Source of the DNA: Capsulimonadaceae bacterium
Lineage (GTDB): Bacteria; Armatimonadota; Armatimonadia; Armatimonadales; Capsulimonadaceae
NCBI GenBank assembly: GCA_965215505.1
Contig: OZ244065.1
Location: 960,001-1,024,000 of the forward strand
Length of the DNA stretch: 64,000 nucleotides
Reading direction: 5' to 3'
Shown here: one piece after another, positions 1 through 9,179 of the stretch
How positions within the stretch are numbered: the stretch's first letter is position 1
How the letters are laid out: each line of letters begins with the position of its first letter
The notes under the pieces: model-generated
Databases searched by the model: none
Told to the model about the DNA's origin: nothing
What the model saw: the letters and a program-made list of their open reading frames with translations, nothing else
Program-made: the position numbers and the translations under genes

Positions 1-607
1 GCAGGCGACCCGCCCACCGCCGCGCCTCGGCCCGCTTGTCCCCGTCCGTCTTGAAGGCCAGGTAGTTCGCCCCGTTCAGCGCCAGCAGGGCGGCACTCAG
101 CAGCCCGACGAGGATGGCGAACGGGTTCAGGGCCAGCGACAGCGAGCCTTGAAAGTTGCCCGTCGCGTCCAGCGGCACGCCCCGGACGACGTTGCCGACG
201 GCGGCCCCGAATAGCACGGCCAGCAGCAGGCTCGTGCCGCAGAAGGCGAAGTCCCAGAAGCCCCGCCACAAAGGGTCCGCCACCTGCGACCGGAACTCGA
301 TGGCCGACCCGCGCCCGATCAAGAGCCACAGGACGAGCATCAGGACCAGGTAGAAGCCGCTGAAGGAGGCCGCGTACAGCCGGGGGAAGGCGGCCACCAT
401 GCTGCCGCCCGCCGTCAGCAGCCAGACCTCGTAGCCGAACCAGAACGGCCCGATGACGGCCAGGTTCGTGCGCCGCTCGGCGTCATTGCGGCCCAGGACG
501 AAGTGCATGGCCCCGATGCCGAGGTCGAAGCCGTCCAGGATGGCGTAGCCGACTAGCAGCGCGCCCAGGGCGATGAACCAGGCCGTAGGGAGCCAATCAG
601 TATTCAT
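1..607 (-). CDS. cydB: Cytochrome bd ubiquinol oxidase subunit II (3' end off-window)
   Basis: Hand translation MNTDWLPTAWFIALGALLVGYAILDGFDLGIG...IGPFWFGYEVWL...AAFPRLYA...GNVVRGVPL; LDGFDLG motif; ATG overlaps cydA stop (ATGA). Confidence 0.95.
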   Translation of the reverse strand, partial: MNTDWLPTAWFIALGALLVGYAILDGFDLGIGAMHFVLGRNDAERRTNLAVIGPFWFGYEVWLLTAGGSMVAAFPRLYAASFSGFYLVLMLVLWLLIGRGSAIEFRSQVADPLWRGFWDFAFCGTSLLLAVLFGAAVGNVVRGVPLDATGNFQGSLSLALNPFAILVGLLSAALLALNGANYLAFKTDGDKRAEARRWAGRL

Positions 608-1995
608 ACCAGTGCCTCCAGTCGGGATAGCTCATCGATAGGGAGCGGCTGCCCCGGCGCGTCCGGCCCCGCCTCCTCCGGGCCGCGCGCGATGTGCTTG
701 AGCAGCAGGAACACGAACAGCAGGCCCAGCACGATGTAGATGCCGGTGAAGCCCAGCAGGGTGAAGATGACCTCGCCCGCCGAGACGTTCGGCGAGTACC
801 CCTGGCTCGTCCGCAGCACGCCGTAGATGATCCAGGGCTGGCGGCCCACGCAAGTCACCACCCACCCGGCCTCGTTGGCGATGTACGGCAGCGGCAGCGA
901 CAGCATCAGCGCCCACAAGTACCAGCGCGCCGCTTCCAGCTTTCGCCGCCACAGCAGGAACACGCCCAGAGCGGTCAGGGCGATGAAGTAGCCGCCCAGG
1001 GTGATCATGATGTGGTAGGCATAGTAGACGAGTTCGACCGGCGGCCACAGGTCACGGGGGATGTCGTTCAGCCCCTTCACCGAGGCGTGGGCGTCCCCGT
1101 AAGCGAGGTAGGACAGCAGGCCGGGCACCTCAACGGGGTCCAGCAGGTTGCCCTTTTTGGTGTCCGGCATGCCGATGATCGCGAGCGGCGCACCCGGCTC
1201 GCTCTTGAACTGGCCCTCCATGGCGGCCAAGGTCGTCGGCTGATACTTGACGACCATCTCGCCGTTCTTGGCCCCGGTGGGGAAGACTTGGGCGAGCGAG
1301 AAGGCCAGGCCGACGACCAGGCTGAGGGCCAGCGTGACGCGGGCGAAGGCGGTGTGCCTGCGCGAGAGCAGGTAGAAGGCCGCCAGCGCGGCCATGACGA
1401 GCGCGCCGTTGACGAAGGCCCCGCAGAGTGTGTGCAGGTACTCCCAGACCTCGAAGGGGTTTGTCAGCACGGCGGCCAGGCTGGTCAGGCGCAGGACGCC
1501 GCCGGGTTCGGGGGCGAAGCCGACCGGGTGCTGCATCCAGGCATCGGTGGCCGTGATGAAGTAGGCCGAAATGATCGAGCCGGCCGCGACGAGGGCGGCG
1601 GACAGGGCGTGGACCTTGACGGTGACGCGCCGCTCGCCGAAGAGGAAGACGGCGAGGAAGGCGGACTCGAGGAAGAAGGCGAACAGGCCCTCCATCATCA
1701 GGCCCTGGCCGATGATGCCGCCGGAGATGTTGGAGAAGCGCGCCCAGTTAGTGCCGAACTGGAACTCCATGGGGACGCCGGTGGCGACGCCCGCGCCGTA
1801 GTTGAGGAGGAACAGTTTGCCCCAGAAGCGTGCGGCGCGGGCGTGGAGTCCGTCGTAGCCCTCGCCGCGGCGCACCTGGATGACTTTGAGGGCGGCGATG
1901 AGGATGCCCAAGCCGATGGTGACGGGCGGGAACAGATAGTGGAACATGATCAGCGCGGCGAAGTGCACGCGGTCGGCGATGGCGGTCGTGTCCAT
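604..1995 (-). CDS. cydA: Cytochrome bd oxidase subunit I, short Q-loop, Glu-to-Cys variant
   Basis: FHYLF, EFQFGTNW, EGLFAFFLES, WMQHP, LAAMEG, HIM and GRQPW motifs. Confidence 0.96.
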   Translation of the reverse strand: MDTTAIADRVHFAALIMFHYLFPPVTIGLGILIAALKVIQVRRGEGYDGLHARAARFWGKLFLLNYGAGVATGVPMEFQFGTNWARFSNISGGIIGQGLMMEGLFAFFLESAFLAVFLFGERRVTVKVHALSAALVAAGSIISAYFITATDAWMQHPVGFAPEPGGVLRLTSLAAVLTNPFEVWEYLHTLCGAFVNGALVMAALAAFYLLSRRHTAFARVTLALSLVVGLAFSLAQVFPTGAKNGEMVVKYQPTTLAAMEGQFKSEPGAPLAIIGMPDTKKGNLLDPVEVPGLLSYLAYGDAHASVKGLNDIPRDLWPPVELVYYAYHIMITLGGYFIALTALGVFLLWRRKLEAARWYLWALMLSLPLPYIANEAGWVVTCVGRQPWIIYGVLRTSQGYSPNVSAGEVIFTLLGFTGIYIVLGLLFVFLLLKHIARGPEEAGPDAPGQPLPIDELSRLEALV

Positions 1996-2007
1996 GCGTT
2001 CTGCCCC

Positions 2008-2436
2008 CTATTTCACGATAAGAACGGGGCAATGCGCGTGGTGGACCACACGGTCACAGGTACTCCCGAGCAGGAACAGCGTCAGTCCGCTCGCCCCCCG
2101 GCTGCCCAGCACGATCAGGTCGCACCCCTCCACCTCGGCCAGGCGGATGATCTCGGCGGCAGGCTGGCCGACCTCCGAACGGCTTTGGTAAGACACGCCC
2201 GCCTCGTCCACGGTGCGACCCGCGTGCGAGATCGCGTGTTCTTGCAGCTCCGCGATGTACCGCTCGTCCAGCCCGGCGTTGACCATCTCCCCATAAGGCC
2301 CGATGGTCGGAATTGGCTGGAAGACGTTAATGATTGTCAGACGTGCCGCAAATTTGCTCGCCAAAGTCGCCGCCACGGCAGCCGCCTTGATCGCGCATTC
2401 GGACCCGTCCGAGGCCAGTAAGATATGGGTGAACAT
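2008..2436 (-). CDS. Universal stress protein (UspA family)
   Basis: ILLASDGS...DLIVLGSRG...LLGST...HAHCPVLIVK. Confidence 0.95.
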   Translation of the reverse strand: MFTHILLASDGSECAIKAAAVAATLASKFAARLTIINVFQPIPTIGPYGEMVNAGLDERYIAELQEHAISHAGRTVDEAGVSYQSRSEVGQPAAEIIRLAEVEGCDLIVLGSRGASGLTLFLLGSTCDRVVHHAHCPVLIVK

Positions 2437-2548
2437 TTGCGTCCTCTCGTTCCATTACCCGTCGCCCATGCTTCCATGGACCAGATTATTTTGCCAAATA
2501 AGTGTATGCTAAGACAGCATCATCGCCATTGTACCAGGTTTAACGGCG

Positions 2549-2567
2549 ATTGTGATTTCTTCACAAT
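2549..2567. promoter_or_regulatory. Palindromic operator ATTGTGA-N5-TCACAAT (Rex/Crp-like) upstream of usp-cydAB
   Basis: Perfect 7-bp inverted repeat in an AT-rich intergenic region; spacer is 1 nt shorter than the Rex/Crp consensus. Confidence 0.5.
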
Positions 2568-2666
2568 GATATTATTTTTCTGATATTAACTATCAGCTTA
2601 CCTGCTGGGTGCTACCGTCTTGCCCTAATGCCCACGCGGCGAGACTATGCAGGTATAATAAAGCCC

Positions 2667-3308
2667 GTGGCACTCATCAAGATTTGCGGCATCACGAGCT
2701 GGCGGGACGCAGAGGCCGCTGTGGCGGCGGGGGCGGACATGCTGGGCTTCCACTGCGACGAGAACAGCCCGCGCGTCATCGACCCGCTGGACTTCTGCGA
2801 CATCGCCGCCCGCCTGCCCGCGCATGTCGTCCGGGTGGCGGTCTTCGACCGGACCACGGACGCCCGCTGGCGGCTGGAAGGACGGCGCGTGTTCCATCTC
2901 TTCCAGCAGGTCCAGTACTACCAGGACAGCGTCTGGAGCGACATCCTGCGGGAGAACTGGGACATGGGCCGCAAGATCAAAGCGTTCCACCTGGGCACCG
3001 ACCGCGACCTTCGCCGGGTCGCGAGCTTCAACGGCACCGTGCAGTCGTACCTGTTGAACGTCAACGCCTCGGCCCCGGCTTCCTACCCGGACGCGGACGC
3101 CTATGGGTGGGAGCTTGCCCGCGAGACGCACCAGTACGGCAAGAAGCTGTACCTCGCCGGCGGCCTGACGCCCGAGAACGTCGGGGCCGCCATCGCTCGC
3201 GTCCGTCCCTACGCCGTGGACGTGACCGTCGGCGTCGAGTCCGCGCCGGGCCTCAAGGACCCCAACCGGATGCGCGCCTTCGTCAAGGCCGTGCGGGAGG
3301 CGAAATGA
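2667..3308 (+). CDS. TrpF-like paralog 1 (divergent; catalytic Asp replaced by Asn)
   Basis: IKICGIT, ADMLGF, SPRVI, YLAGGLTPENV, DVTVGVE, KD; LLN instead of LLD; GTG 7 nt after TATAAT. Confidence 0.85.
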   Translation: MALIKICGITSWRDAEAAVAAGADMLGFHCDENSPRVIDPLDFCDIAARLPAHVVRVAVFDRTTDARWRLEGRRVFHLFQQVQYYQDSVWSDILRENWDMGRKIKAFHLGTDRDLRRVASFNGTVQSYLLNVNASAPASYPDADAYGWELARETHQYGKKLYLAGGLTPENVGAAIARVRPYAVDVTVGVESAPGLKDPNRMRAFVKAVREAK

Positions 3309-4255
3309 CTTTGTTGCAGCTACCGTTCTTCGATGCCATCGCGAACGCCGAGATTATTCTGCTTGCCGGGGCGGGCGGCGGCTTCGACATCTTCTCCGGC
3401 CTTCCGATCTACTTCGGCCTCAGAAGTATGGGCAAAACAGTCCATCTTGCCAACCTATCCTTCTCGCGCTTATATGAGTCCAATGGGAAGCGGCTGGGGA
3501 CAGGACTGGTAGAGGTCACTGCACAGACTGAAGGCTTCGAGCGTTACTTCCCCGAGCTGCATCTGGCACGGTGGCTAGCGGCGCAGGGAGAGCCGGCACC
3601 GATCTACGGCATTGACCGCGCAGGCGTCAAGCCGATCAGCGCGGCCTACCGGGCGCTGAACGAGAGGCTGAAGCCGGACGCCGTGATCCTGATAGACGGC
3701 GGCACGGACAGCCTGATGCGCGGGGACGAGGCGGGGCTTGGCACCCCGCAGGAGGATGTCGCCAGCCTCTCCGCCGTCCACGCCCTCGACGTGCCGACCA
3801 AGCTGCTTGTTTGCCTCGGCTTCGGCGTAGACACCTACCACGGAGTCTGTCACGCTCAGTTTTTAGAGGCCGTGGCCGATCTGAGCCGTCAAGGTGCGTT
3901 CCTCGGCATGTGGAGCCTGACCCGCGACATGCCGGAAGTAAAACGCTACATCGAGGCCGTGGACCATGTAAACGGCATCATGTCGGATCACCCCAGCATC
4001 GTCTCGTCGTCCATCGTGTCGGCGATCGAGGGTCAGTTCGGCGACCACCACCGGAATTATCGCACGGAAGGCAGCCGCCTGTTCATCAACGCCCTGATGA
4101 CGCTCTACTGGTGCTTCCGCCTGGATGCCGTCGCCGGGCGCATCCTGTATCTGGACGCGGTGCGCGAGACCGAGAGTTTCCGCGACATGACACTCGCCAT
4201 CGAGTATTTTCGGGCCACCCATGACAGCAAGGGCTGGGTTGACCTACCGATGTAG
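3305..4255 (+). CDS. DUF1152-family protein
   Basis: AGAGGGFDIF, LIDGGTDSLMRGDEAGLGTPQED, GFGVD, SIVSS motifs; ATGA overlap with trpF1. Confidence 0.8.
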   Translation: MTLLQLPFFDAIANAEIILLAGAGGGFDIFSGLPIYFGLRSMGKTVHLANLSFSRLYESNGKRLGTGLVEVTAQTEGFERYFPELHLARWLAAQGEPAPIYGIDRAGVKPISAAYRALNERLKPDAVILIDGGTDSLMRGDEAGLGTPQEDVASLSAVHALDVPTKLLVCLGFGVDTYHGVCHAQFLEAVADLSRQGAFLGMWSLTRDMPEVKRYIEAVDHVNGIMSDHPSIVSSSIVSAIEGQFGDHHRNYRTEGSRLFINALMTLYWCFRLDAVAGRILYLDAVRETESFRDMTLAIEYFRATHDSKGWVDLPM

Positions 4256-4322
4256 GACGGCGGCTTTAACGCCGAATAAAACCACCTCTCACAGGACGAA
4301 GCCAAGAAAGCAAGGATGAACC

Positions 4323-4934
4323 ATGACACGAATTATGATCTCCGGCGTCACGAACAGGCCGGACGCACTGGCGGCGGTGGAGGCCGGGGCGGATGCGCTG
4401 GGCTTCATCGCGATTCCCGGCAACCCGCGCTCTCTGGAGCCGCAGGAGTATTTCGAGATCACCGAGAACTTGCCGATCTTCGTCCGGTGCGTCGGCGTGT
4501 TCGAGCGGCCCGGCGAGTACGACGATTATATGCCGGATTATGTCCAGCACTACGAAGACACGGCGGCGGAGTCCCGCGCCACGGGCCTAGCGGGTATCCG
4601 CATCCGCGTCTTTCGGATGCGGGACGAGTCTACGCTGAACGAGATTCGGGACTATCCTGATCCGGTCGGCGCGATCCTGCTGGACATGGACCACGCGGGA
4701 ACGCTTTATGGGTCGGGCGAGACCTTCGACTGGTCCCTGGCCGTCCGGGCGAAGGCGCTGACGGACCGCCCTATCATCCTGTCCGGCGGCCTGACGCCCG
4801 AAAATGTTGGGGCCGCCATCGCCCGCGTCCGCCCCTACGCCGTGGACGTGACGGAGGGCGTCGAGTCCCCGCCAGGCGTCAAGGACCCGAACAAGATGCG
4901 CGCGTTTGTGGAGGCCGTGCGGGAGGCGAGATGA
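4323..4934 (+). CDS. TrpF-like paralog 2 (KICG replaced by MISG; chimeric)
   Basis: [35 protein letters not shown]. Confidence 0.85.
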   Translation: MTRIMISGVTNRPDALAAVEAGADALGFIAIPGNPRSLEPQEYFEITENLPIFVRCVGVFERPGEYDDYMPDYVQHYEDTAAESRATGLAGIRIRVFRMRDESTLNEIRDYPDPVGAILLDMDHAGTLYGSGETFDWSLAVRAKALTDRPIILSGGLTPENVGAAIARVRPYAVDVTEGVESPPGVKDPNKMRAFVEAVREAR

Positions 4935-5488
4935 TTATTGACCAAGAAGCGCGGGAGCGATGGGTCATTCCATTCTACATGAAGGTGCTTCACGCACAAC
5001 AACCGCTTGCTGTCACAGAGTTACTCATTGAGGCCAGCAATGCGATCTCGCAAGAAACCGTGGACGCCCTTCTGGCTGACTTCAATTGGCGGACCCGAAA
5101 GATGGCAGCGATCTACGCGGGCGTCAATGCTTGGTCGGGATTCACGGATGCAATCGGCGGGCACCTGCTCAAGAGTGAGGTCTGCTTTGCGGGCGCATCC
5201 TACTGTTTTGCGCTGGCCCGCTTCGGCTCAGACGATGCGGTTTTTTATCTCAAGCAGTACCTCGACATCTGGCTCAGGCGGCCCGAGTGCTGGTATGACC
5301 AGAGTCATGCGCTTGCCGCGTTGCTCTGGCTTGACCGTATTCGGGGCACCGACGATGCGGCGGCCTACTTGGCCAATGGGGGCATTTGGGAATGTTTTGT
5401 TCAGAACAAGCCTCACTGGGATTTGCAGCGTACTAGGCTAACATTTTTTGAGACGATGAAGTTTTGTCAGGAGCAATTTCCTCAGTGA
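4931..5488 (+). CDS. DUF6000-like hypothetical protein, lower GC
   Basis: PFYMK, NWRTR, LLKSEVCFAG-YC-ALA, YLDIWL...YDQ pattern; overlaps both neighbours by 4 nt. Confidence 0.65.
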   Translation: MIIDQEARERWVIPFYMKVLHAQQPLAVTELLIEASNAISQETVDALLADFNWRTRKMAAIYAGVNAWSGFTDAIGGHLLKSEVCFAGASYCFALARFGSDDAVFYLKQYLDIWLRRPECWYDQSHALAALLWLDRIRGTDDAAAYLANGGIWECFVQNKPHWDLQRTRLTFFETMKFCQEQFPQ

Positions 5489-6108
5489 CCAGAATCAAAA
5501 TCTGCGGCATCTCGAATGGCCTGGACGCGATGGCGGCGGCGGACGCGGGCGCGGACGCCCTGGGCTTCATCGCCGTGCCGGGCAGCCCGCGCTACCTGCC
5601 GCCGGAGGTCTATCGCGAGATCAGCGCGGCCCTGCCGATCTTGGTCAAGCGCGTCGTCGTCGCGCACCGGCCCGAGGACGCGGAGGAGTATCTGGCCGAG
5701 TACGTCCAGCACTACGAGGACGCCTCGGACGAGTCCCACATGCGGCGCGGGGCGGCCTGGCGCATCCGGGCGTTTCGGATGCGCGATGAGTCATCACTCC
5801 GAGAGATCGGGGCCTACCCCGACGCCGTCGGCGCAGTCCTGCTGGATGCCTACCACAAGGCGATGCTCGGCGGGTCGGGCGAGACCTTCGACTGGTCCCT
5901 GGCCGTCCGGGCGAAGGCGCTGACGGGCCGGCCCGTCCTCCTGGCGGGCGGCCTGACGCCGGACAACGTGCAGGACGCCCTGGAAGCCGTGCGGCCCTAC
6001 GGCGTGGATGTGGCTTCGGGGGTGGAGGCGTCACCGGGCGTCAAGGACCACGCGAAGGTTCGGGCGTTCGTGCGGGCGGTGAGGGAGTGGGATCTGCGGC
6101 AGGGGTAG
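5485..6108 (+). CDS. trpF: Phosphoribosylanthranilate isomerase (canonical copy)
   Basis: [38 protein letters not shown] all intact; immediately upstream of trpBA. Confidence 0.92.
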   Translation: MTRIKICGISNGLDAMAAADAGADALGFIAVPGSPRYLPPEVYREISAALPILVKRVVVAHRPEDAEEYLAEYVQHYEDASDESHMRRGAAWRIRAFRMRDESSLREIGAYPDAVGAVLLDAYHKAMLGGSGETFDWSLAVRAKALTGRPVLLAGGLTPDNVQDALEAVRPYGVDVASGVEASPGVKDHAKVRAFVRAVREWDLRQG

Positions 6109-6137
6109 CGGCCCGCGCGGATGGCGCTCCGGTGTCG

Positions 6138-6296
6138 GCCCCCACCCCCGGCGCGGACGCCGACCCCTGCCCCCGCAAGCGGGAGAGGGGTGAGGAAGTG
6201 TTCAGAGGGGAGCCGAAATGCAACGGTGACTGCTCTATCCTCTCTTTCACCCCGCTTGCGGGGGCAGGGGTCGGCGTCCGCGCCGGAGGTGGGGGC
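6138..6296. repeat. Long palindromic REP-like element (46-bp arms, 1 mismatch)
   Basis: 6138-6183 is the reverse complement of 6251-6296. Confidence 0.9.
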
Positions 6297-6314
6297 ATCC
6301 CACTTCTCCTCCCG

Positions 6315-6344
6315 TTGACAGCCTCCCCACCGAACTGCTACAAT
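6315..6344 (+). promoter_or_regulatory. Sigma70-type promoter of trpBA
   Basis: TTGACA-N18-TACAAT with extended TG. Confidence 0.7.
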
Positions 6345-6374
6345 ACGCCACGTTTTAGAAGGAAGTACCCTCCG

Positions 6375-7637
6375 ATGGCACCCCAGATACTGGAACAGAC
6401 GCAGCAGATGACGGAACAGCAGAAGACGGAAGAAGCGGCCCCGAACAAGTACGTCGCCGACGCGCAGGGGCGGTTTGGCGGAGAGTTCGGCGGGCGGTTC
6501 GTGCCTGAGACGATCATCCCCGCCCTGGACGAGCTAACGGAAGCCTACGCCAAGGCGAAGGCCGACCCGACGTTCCAGACGGAGTTCGATTACTACGCCA
6601 AGAACTACGTCGGTCGGCCCACGGCCCTATTCTTCGCCGAGAAGATGACGCGGGAATTGGGCGGGGCGAAGATCTACCTGAAGCGCGAAGACCTGGCGCA
6701 CACGGGCGCGCACAAGATCAACAATGCGCTGGGCCAGATCCTGCTGGCGAAGCGCATGAACAAGCCGCGCATCATCGCCGAGACCGGCGCGGGGCAGCAC
6801 GGGGTCGCCACGGCGACGGCCTGCGCGCTGTTCGGCTACGAGTGCATCGTCTACATGGGCGAGGAGGACGTGCAGCGGCAGGCACTCAACGTCGTGCGGA
6901 TGAAGCTCCTCGGCGCGACCGTCCGGCCCGTCTCGTCCGGGACGAAGACGCTCAAGGACGCCTTGAACGAGGCGATGCGCGACTGGGTGACGAACGTCCA
7001 CGACACGCACTACATCATCGGGACCGTGGCCGGGCCGCACCCCTACCCGACGATGGTGCGGGACTTCCAATCGGTGATCGGCATCGAGGCGCGGCAGCAG
7101 ATGATGGAGGACACCGGCGGCCTGCCGGACGCCGTCGTCGCCTGCGTCGGCGGCGGGTCCAACGCCATGGGCATCTTCTACCCGTTCGTCCACGACGAGG
7201 GCGTCCGGCTCATCGGCGTCGAGGCGGCCGGCGACGGCGTCCACACCGGCCGGCACGCCGCGACCCTGACGGCGGGGAGCAAGGGCGTCCTGCACGGCTC
7301 GGCCTCCTACGTCATTCAGGACGACTACGGGCAGGTGCTGGCGACGCACAGCGTCTCGGCGGGCCTGGACTACCCAGGCGTTGGACCGGAACACGCCTTC
7401 TTCAAGGACATTGGCCGGGCCGAATACGTCTCCATCACCGACGACGAGGCCCTGGACGCCTTCCAGTGGACGGCCCGGACGGAGGGCATCATCCCCGCCC
7501 TGGAGACGTCCCATGCCTTCGCCCACGTCCGCAAGATCGCGCCGCTGATGTCCCCGGAGCAGACCCTGATCGTCTGCCTGTCGGGGCGCGGCGACAAGGA
7601 CGTGGACTCGGTCGCGGGCCGTCTGGGGCTGCTGTAA
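6375..7637 (+). CDS. trpB: Tryptophan synthase beta
   Basis: [53 protein letters not shown]. Confidence 0.98.
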   Translation: MAPQILEQTQQMTEQQKTEEAAPNKYVADAQGRFGGEFGGRFVPETIIPALDELTEAYAKAKADPTFQTEFDYYAKNYVGRPTALFFAEKMTRELGGAKIYLKREDLAHTGAHKINNALGQILLAKRMNKPRIIAETGAGQHGVATATACALFGYECIVYMGEEDVQRQALNVVRMKLLGATVRPVSSGTKTLKDALNEAMRDWVTNVHDTHYIIGTVAGPHPYPTMVRDFQSVIGIEARQQMMEDTGGLPDAVVACVGGGSNAMGIFYPFVHDEGVRLIGVEAAGDGVHTGRHAATLTAGSKGVLHGSASYVIQDDYGQVLATHSVSAGLDYPGVGPEHAFFKDIGRAEYVSITDDEALDAFQWTARTEGIIPALETSHAFAHVRKIAPLMSPEQTLIVCLSGRGDKDVDSVAGRLGLL

Positions 7638-7640
7638 GCC

Positions 7641-8444
7641 ATGTCCCAGCGCCTCGACCAGACCTTTGCCCGCCTCAAAGACGCCCACGAGGGCGCACTC
7701 GTCACCTTCATTACGGCGGGCGACCCGTCCCCGGCGGGGACGCCCGCCCTCATCGCCGCGCTGGCGCAGGGCGGCGCGGACATCGTGGAACTCGGCATCC
7801 CCTACTCTGACCCACTGGCCGACGGCCCCAGCATCCAGGCGTCCTCGCAGCGCGCTCTGGACAAAGGCGTCACGCCGGATACCATCCTGCAAATGATCCA
7901 GGACGCCCGCGCTCTGACCCAGGTGCCGCTCGTCCTAATGACCTCATATAACCTGGCCCTCCGGTACGGCCTGGAGCGGTTCGCGCGGGTCTTTTCTCAG
8001 GCGGGCGCGGACGGGGCCATCCTGACCGATCTGCCGCCGGAAGAGGCTGTCCCCTGGAAGGCCGCCGCCACCGCGCACGGCATGGCGACGATCTTCCTGG
8101 TCGCGCCGACCTCCACGCCCGAGCGCATCGCACTGATCGCCTCCAACACGACGGGCTTCGTCTACTGCGTCTCGCGCACCGGCGTGACCGGCGCGCGGAC
8201 GGAGCTTCCCGCCGAGCTGAAGGCCTTGATCGCGCGCATCCGAGCGGCGACCGACAAGCCGGTCTGCGTCGGCTTCGGCATTTCCCAGCCCGCGCACGTC
8301 ACACAAGTGATCGGGGACGCCGACGGCGCGGTCATCGGCAGCGCCCTGGTGGACTTCTTACACGCACACGCCGATGATCCCAACCAGACGGCGGAGCTGA
8401 CACGGCTGGTCGCCTCCTGGAAGGAAGGGACGCGGCGGGCCTGA
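7641..8444 (+). CDS. trpA: Tryptophan synthase alpha
   Basis: ELGIPYSDPLADGPSIQ, SRTGVTG, VGFGIS. Confidence 0.98.
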   Translation: MSQRLDQTFARLKDAHEGALVTFITAGDPSPAGTPALIAALAQGGADIVELGIPYSDPLADGPSIQASSQRALDKGVTPDTILQMIQDARALTQVPLVLMTSYNLALRYGLERFARVFSQAGADGAILTDLPPEEAVPWKAAATAHGMATIFLVAPTSTPERIALIASNTTGFVYCVSRTGVTGARTELPAELKALIARIRAATDKPVCVGFGISQPAHVTQVIGDADGAVIGSALVDFLHAHADDPNQTAELTRLVASWKEGTRRA

Positions 8445-8465
8445 CCGCCGAAGTCTGAGGAGAGA

Positions 8466-9170
8466 ATGTACACCAAAGAGCAGTTCGGCAAGACCATAGA
8501 CAACACACTCCTGCGGCCCACCAGCACCCGTGACGAGGTGCTGCGGCTCTGCGAGGAGAGCGCCAAGCGGCACCTGGCGACCGTCTGCATCCTGCCCTGC
8601 TGGGTTGGGGCGGCGGCGCGCGCCCTGGCCGGGTCGGACGTCAAGGTCTGCACCGTCGTCGGCTTCCCGTTCGGGGCCAGCACCAAACTCGCCAAGGTCT
8701 ACGAGGCAAAGAACGCCATCGCGAACGGCGCACAGGAGATTGACGCCGTCCTGAGCCTCGCCAGGTTCAAATCGGGCGACTTCGACGCCGTCATGGAGGA
8801 CCTGCGTGGGCTGGTGGAGGCCTGCCGCGCGCCGGGGCGGACCGAGGAGTCCCGGAGCGTCCTGCTGAAAGTCATCATCGAGACGTGCTATTTGGACGGC
8901 GAGGAGATAGACGTGGCATCGCAACTCGTCCGCGACGCCGGGGCGGACTTTGTCAAGACCTCGACCGGCACGGCGGGCGGCGGCGCGACGGTCGAAGACC
9001 TCCGGCGCATCCGCCGGGCGGTCGGCCCCTCCCCCATCGGCATCAAGGCGTCCGGCGGCATCAAGACGGTCGAAACCGCCTTGCAGATGCTCGACGCGGG
9101 CGCGAACCGCATCGGCACATCGTCGGGCAGCGCCCTGTATGACGCCTACAACCCCCAGGATTTTGCCTAA
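8466..9170 (+). CDS. deoC: Deoxyribose-phosphate aldolase
   Basis: VCTVVGFPFG, LKVIIETC, FVKTSTG, IKASGGI, RIGTSSG. Confidence 0.96.
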   Translation: MYTKEQFGKTIDNTLLRPTSTRDEVLRLCEESAKRHLATVCILPCWVGAAARALAGSDVKVCTVVGFPFGASTKLAKVYEAKNAIANGAQEIDAVLSLARFKSGDFDAVMEDLRGLVEACRAPGRTEESRSVLLKVIIETCYLDGEEIDVASQLVRDAGADFVKTSTGTAGGGATVEDLRRIRRAVGPSPIGIKASGGIKTVETALQMLDAGANRIGTSSGSALYDAYNPQDFA

Positions 9171-9179
9171 GTGCCGGGG

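Noticed and set aside
694-2421. Long antisense or alternate-frame ORFs (e.g. 694-2421, 21941-24571, 28789-30726, 33257-35242)
   Set aside because: Shadows of real genes caused by stop-codon scarcity at high GC; no recognisable motifs.
2609-4255. 548-aa ORF suggesting a TrpF-DUF1152 fusion
   Set aside because: The upstream part is out of frame with trpF1 and low-complexity; the real start is the ATGA overlap at 3305.
6109-6374. Possible trp attenuator or T-box before trpB
   Set aside because: No Trp-rich leader peptide or T-box motif; the hairpin matches a dispersed repeat type and trpB has its own promoter.
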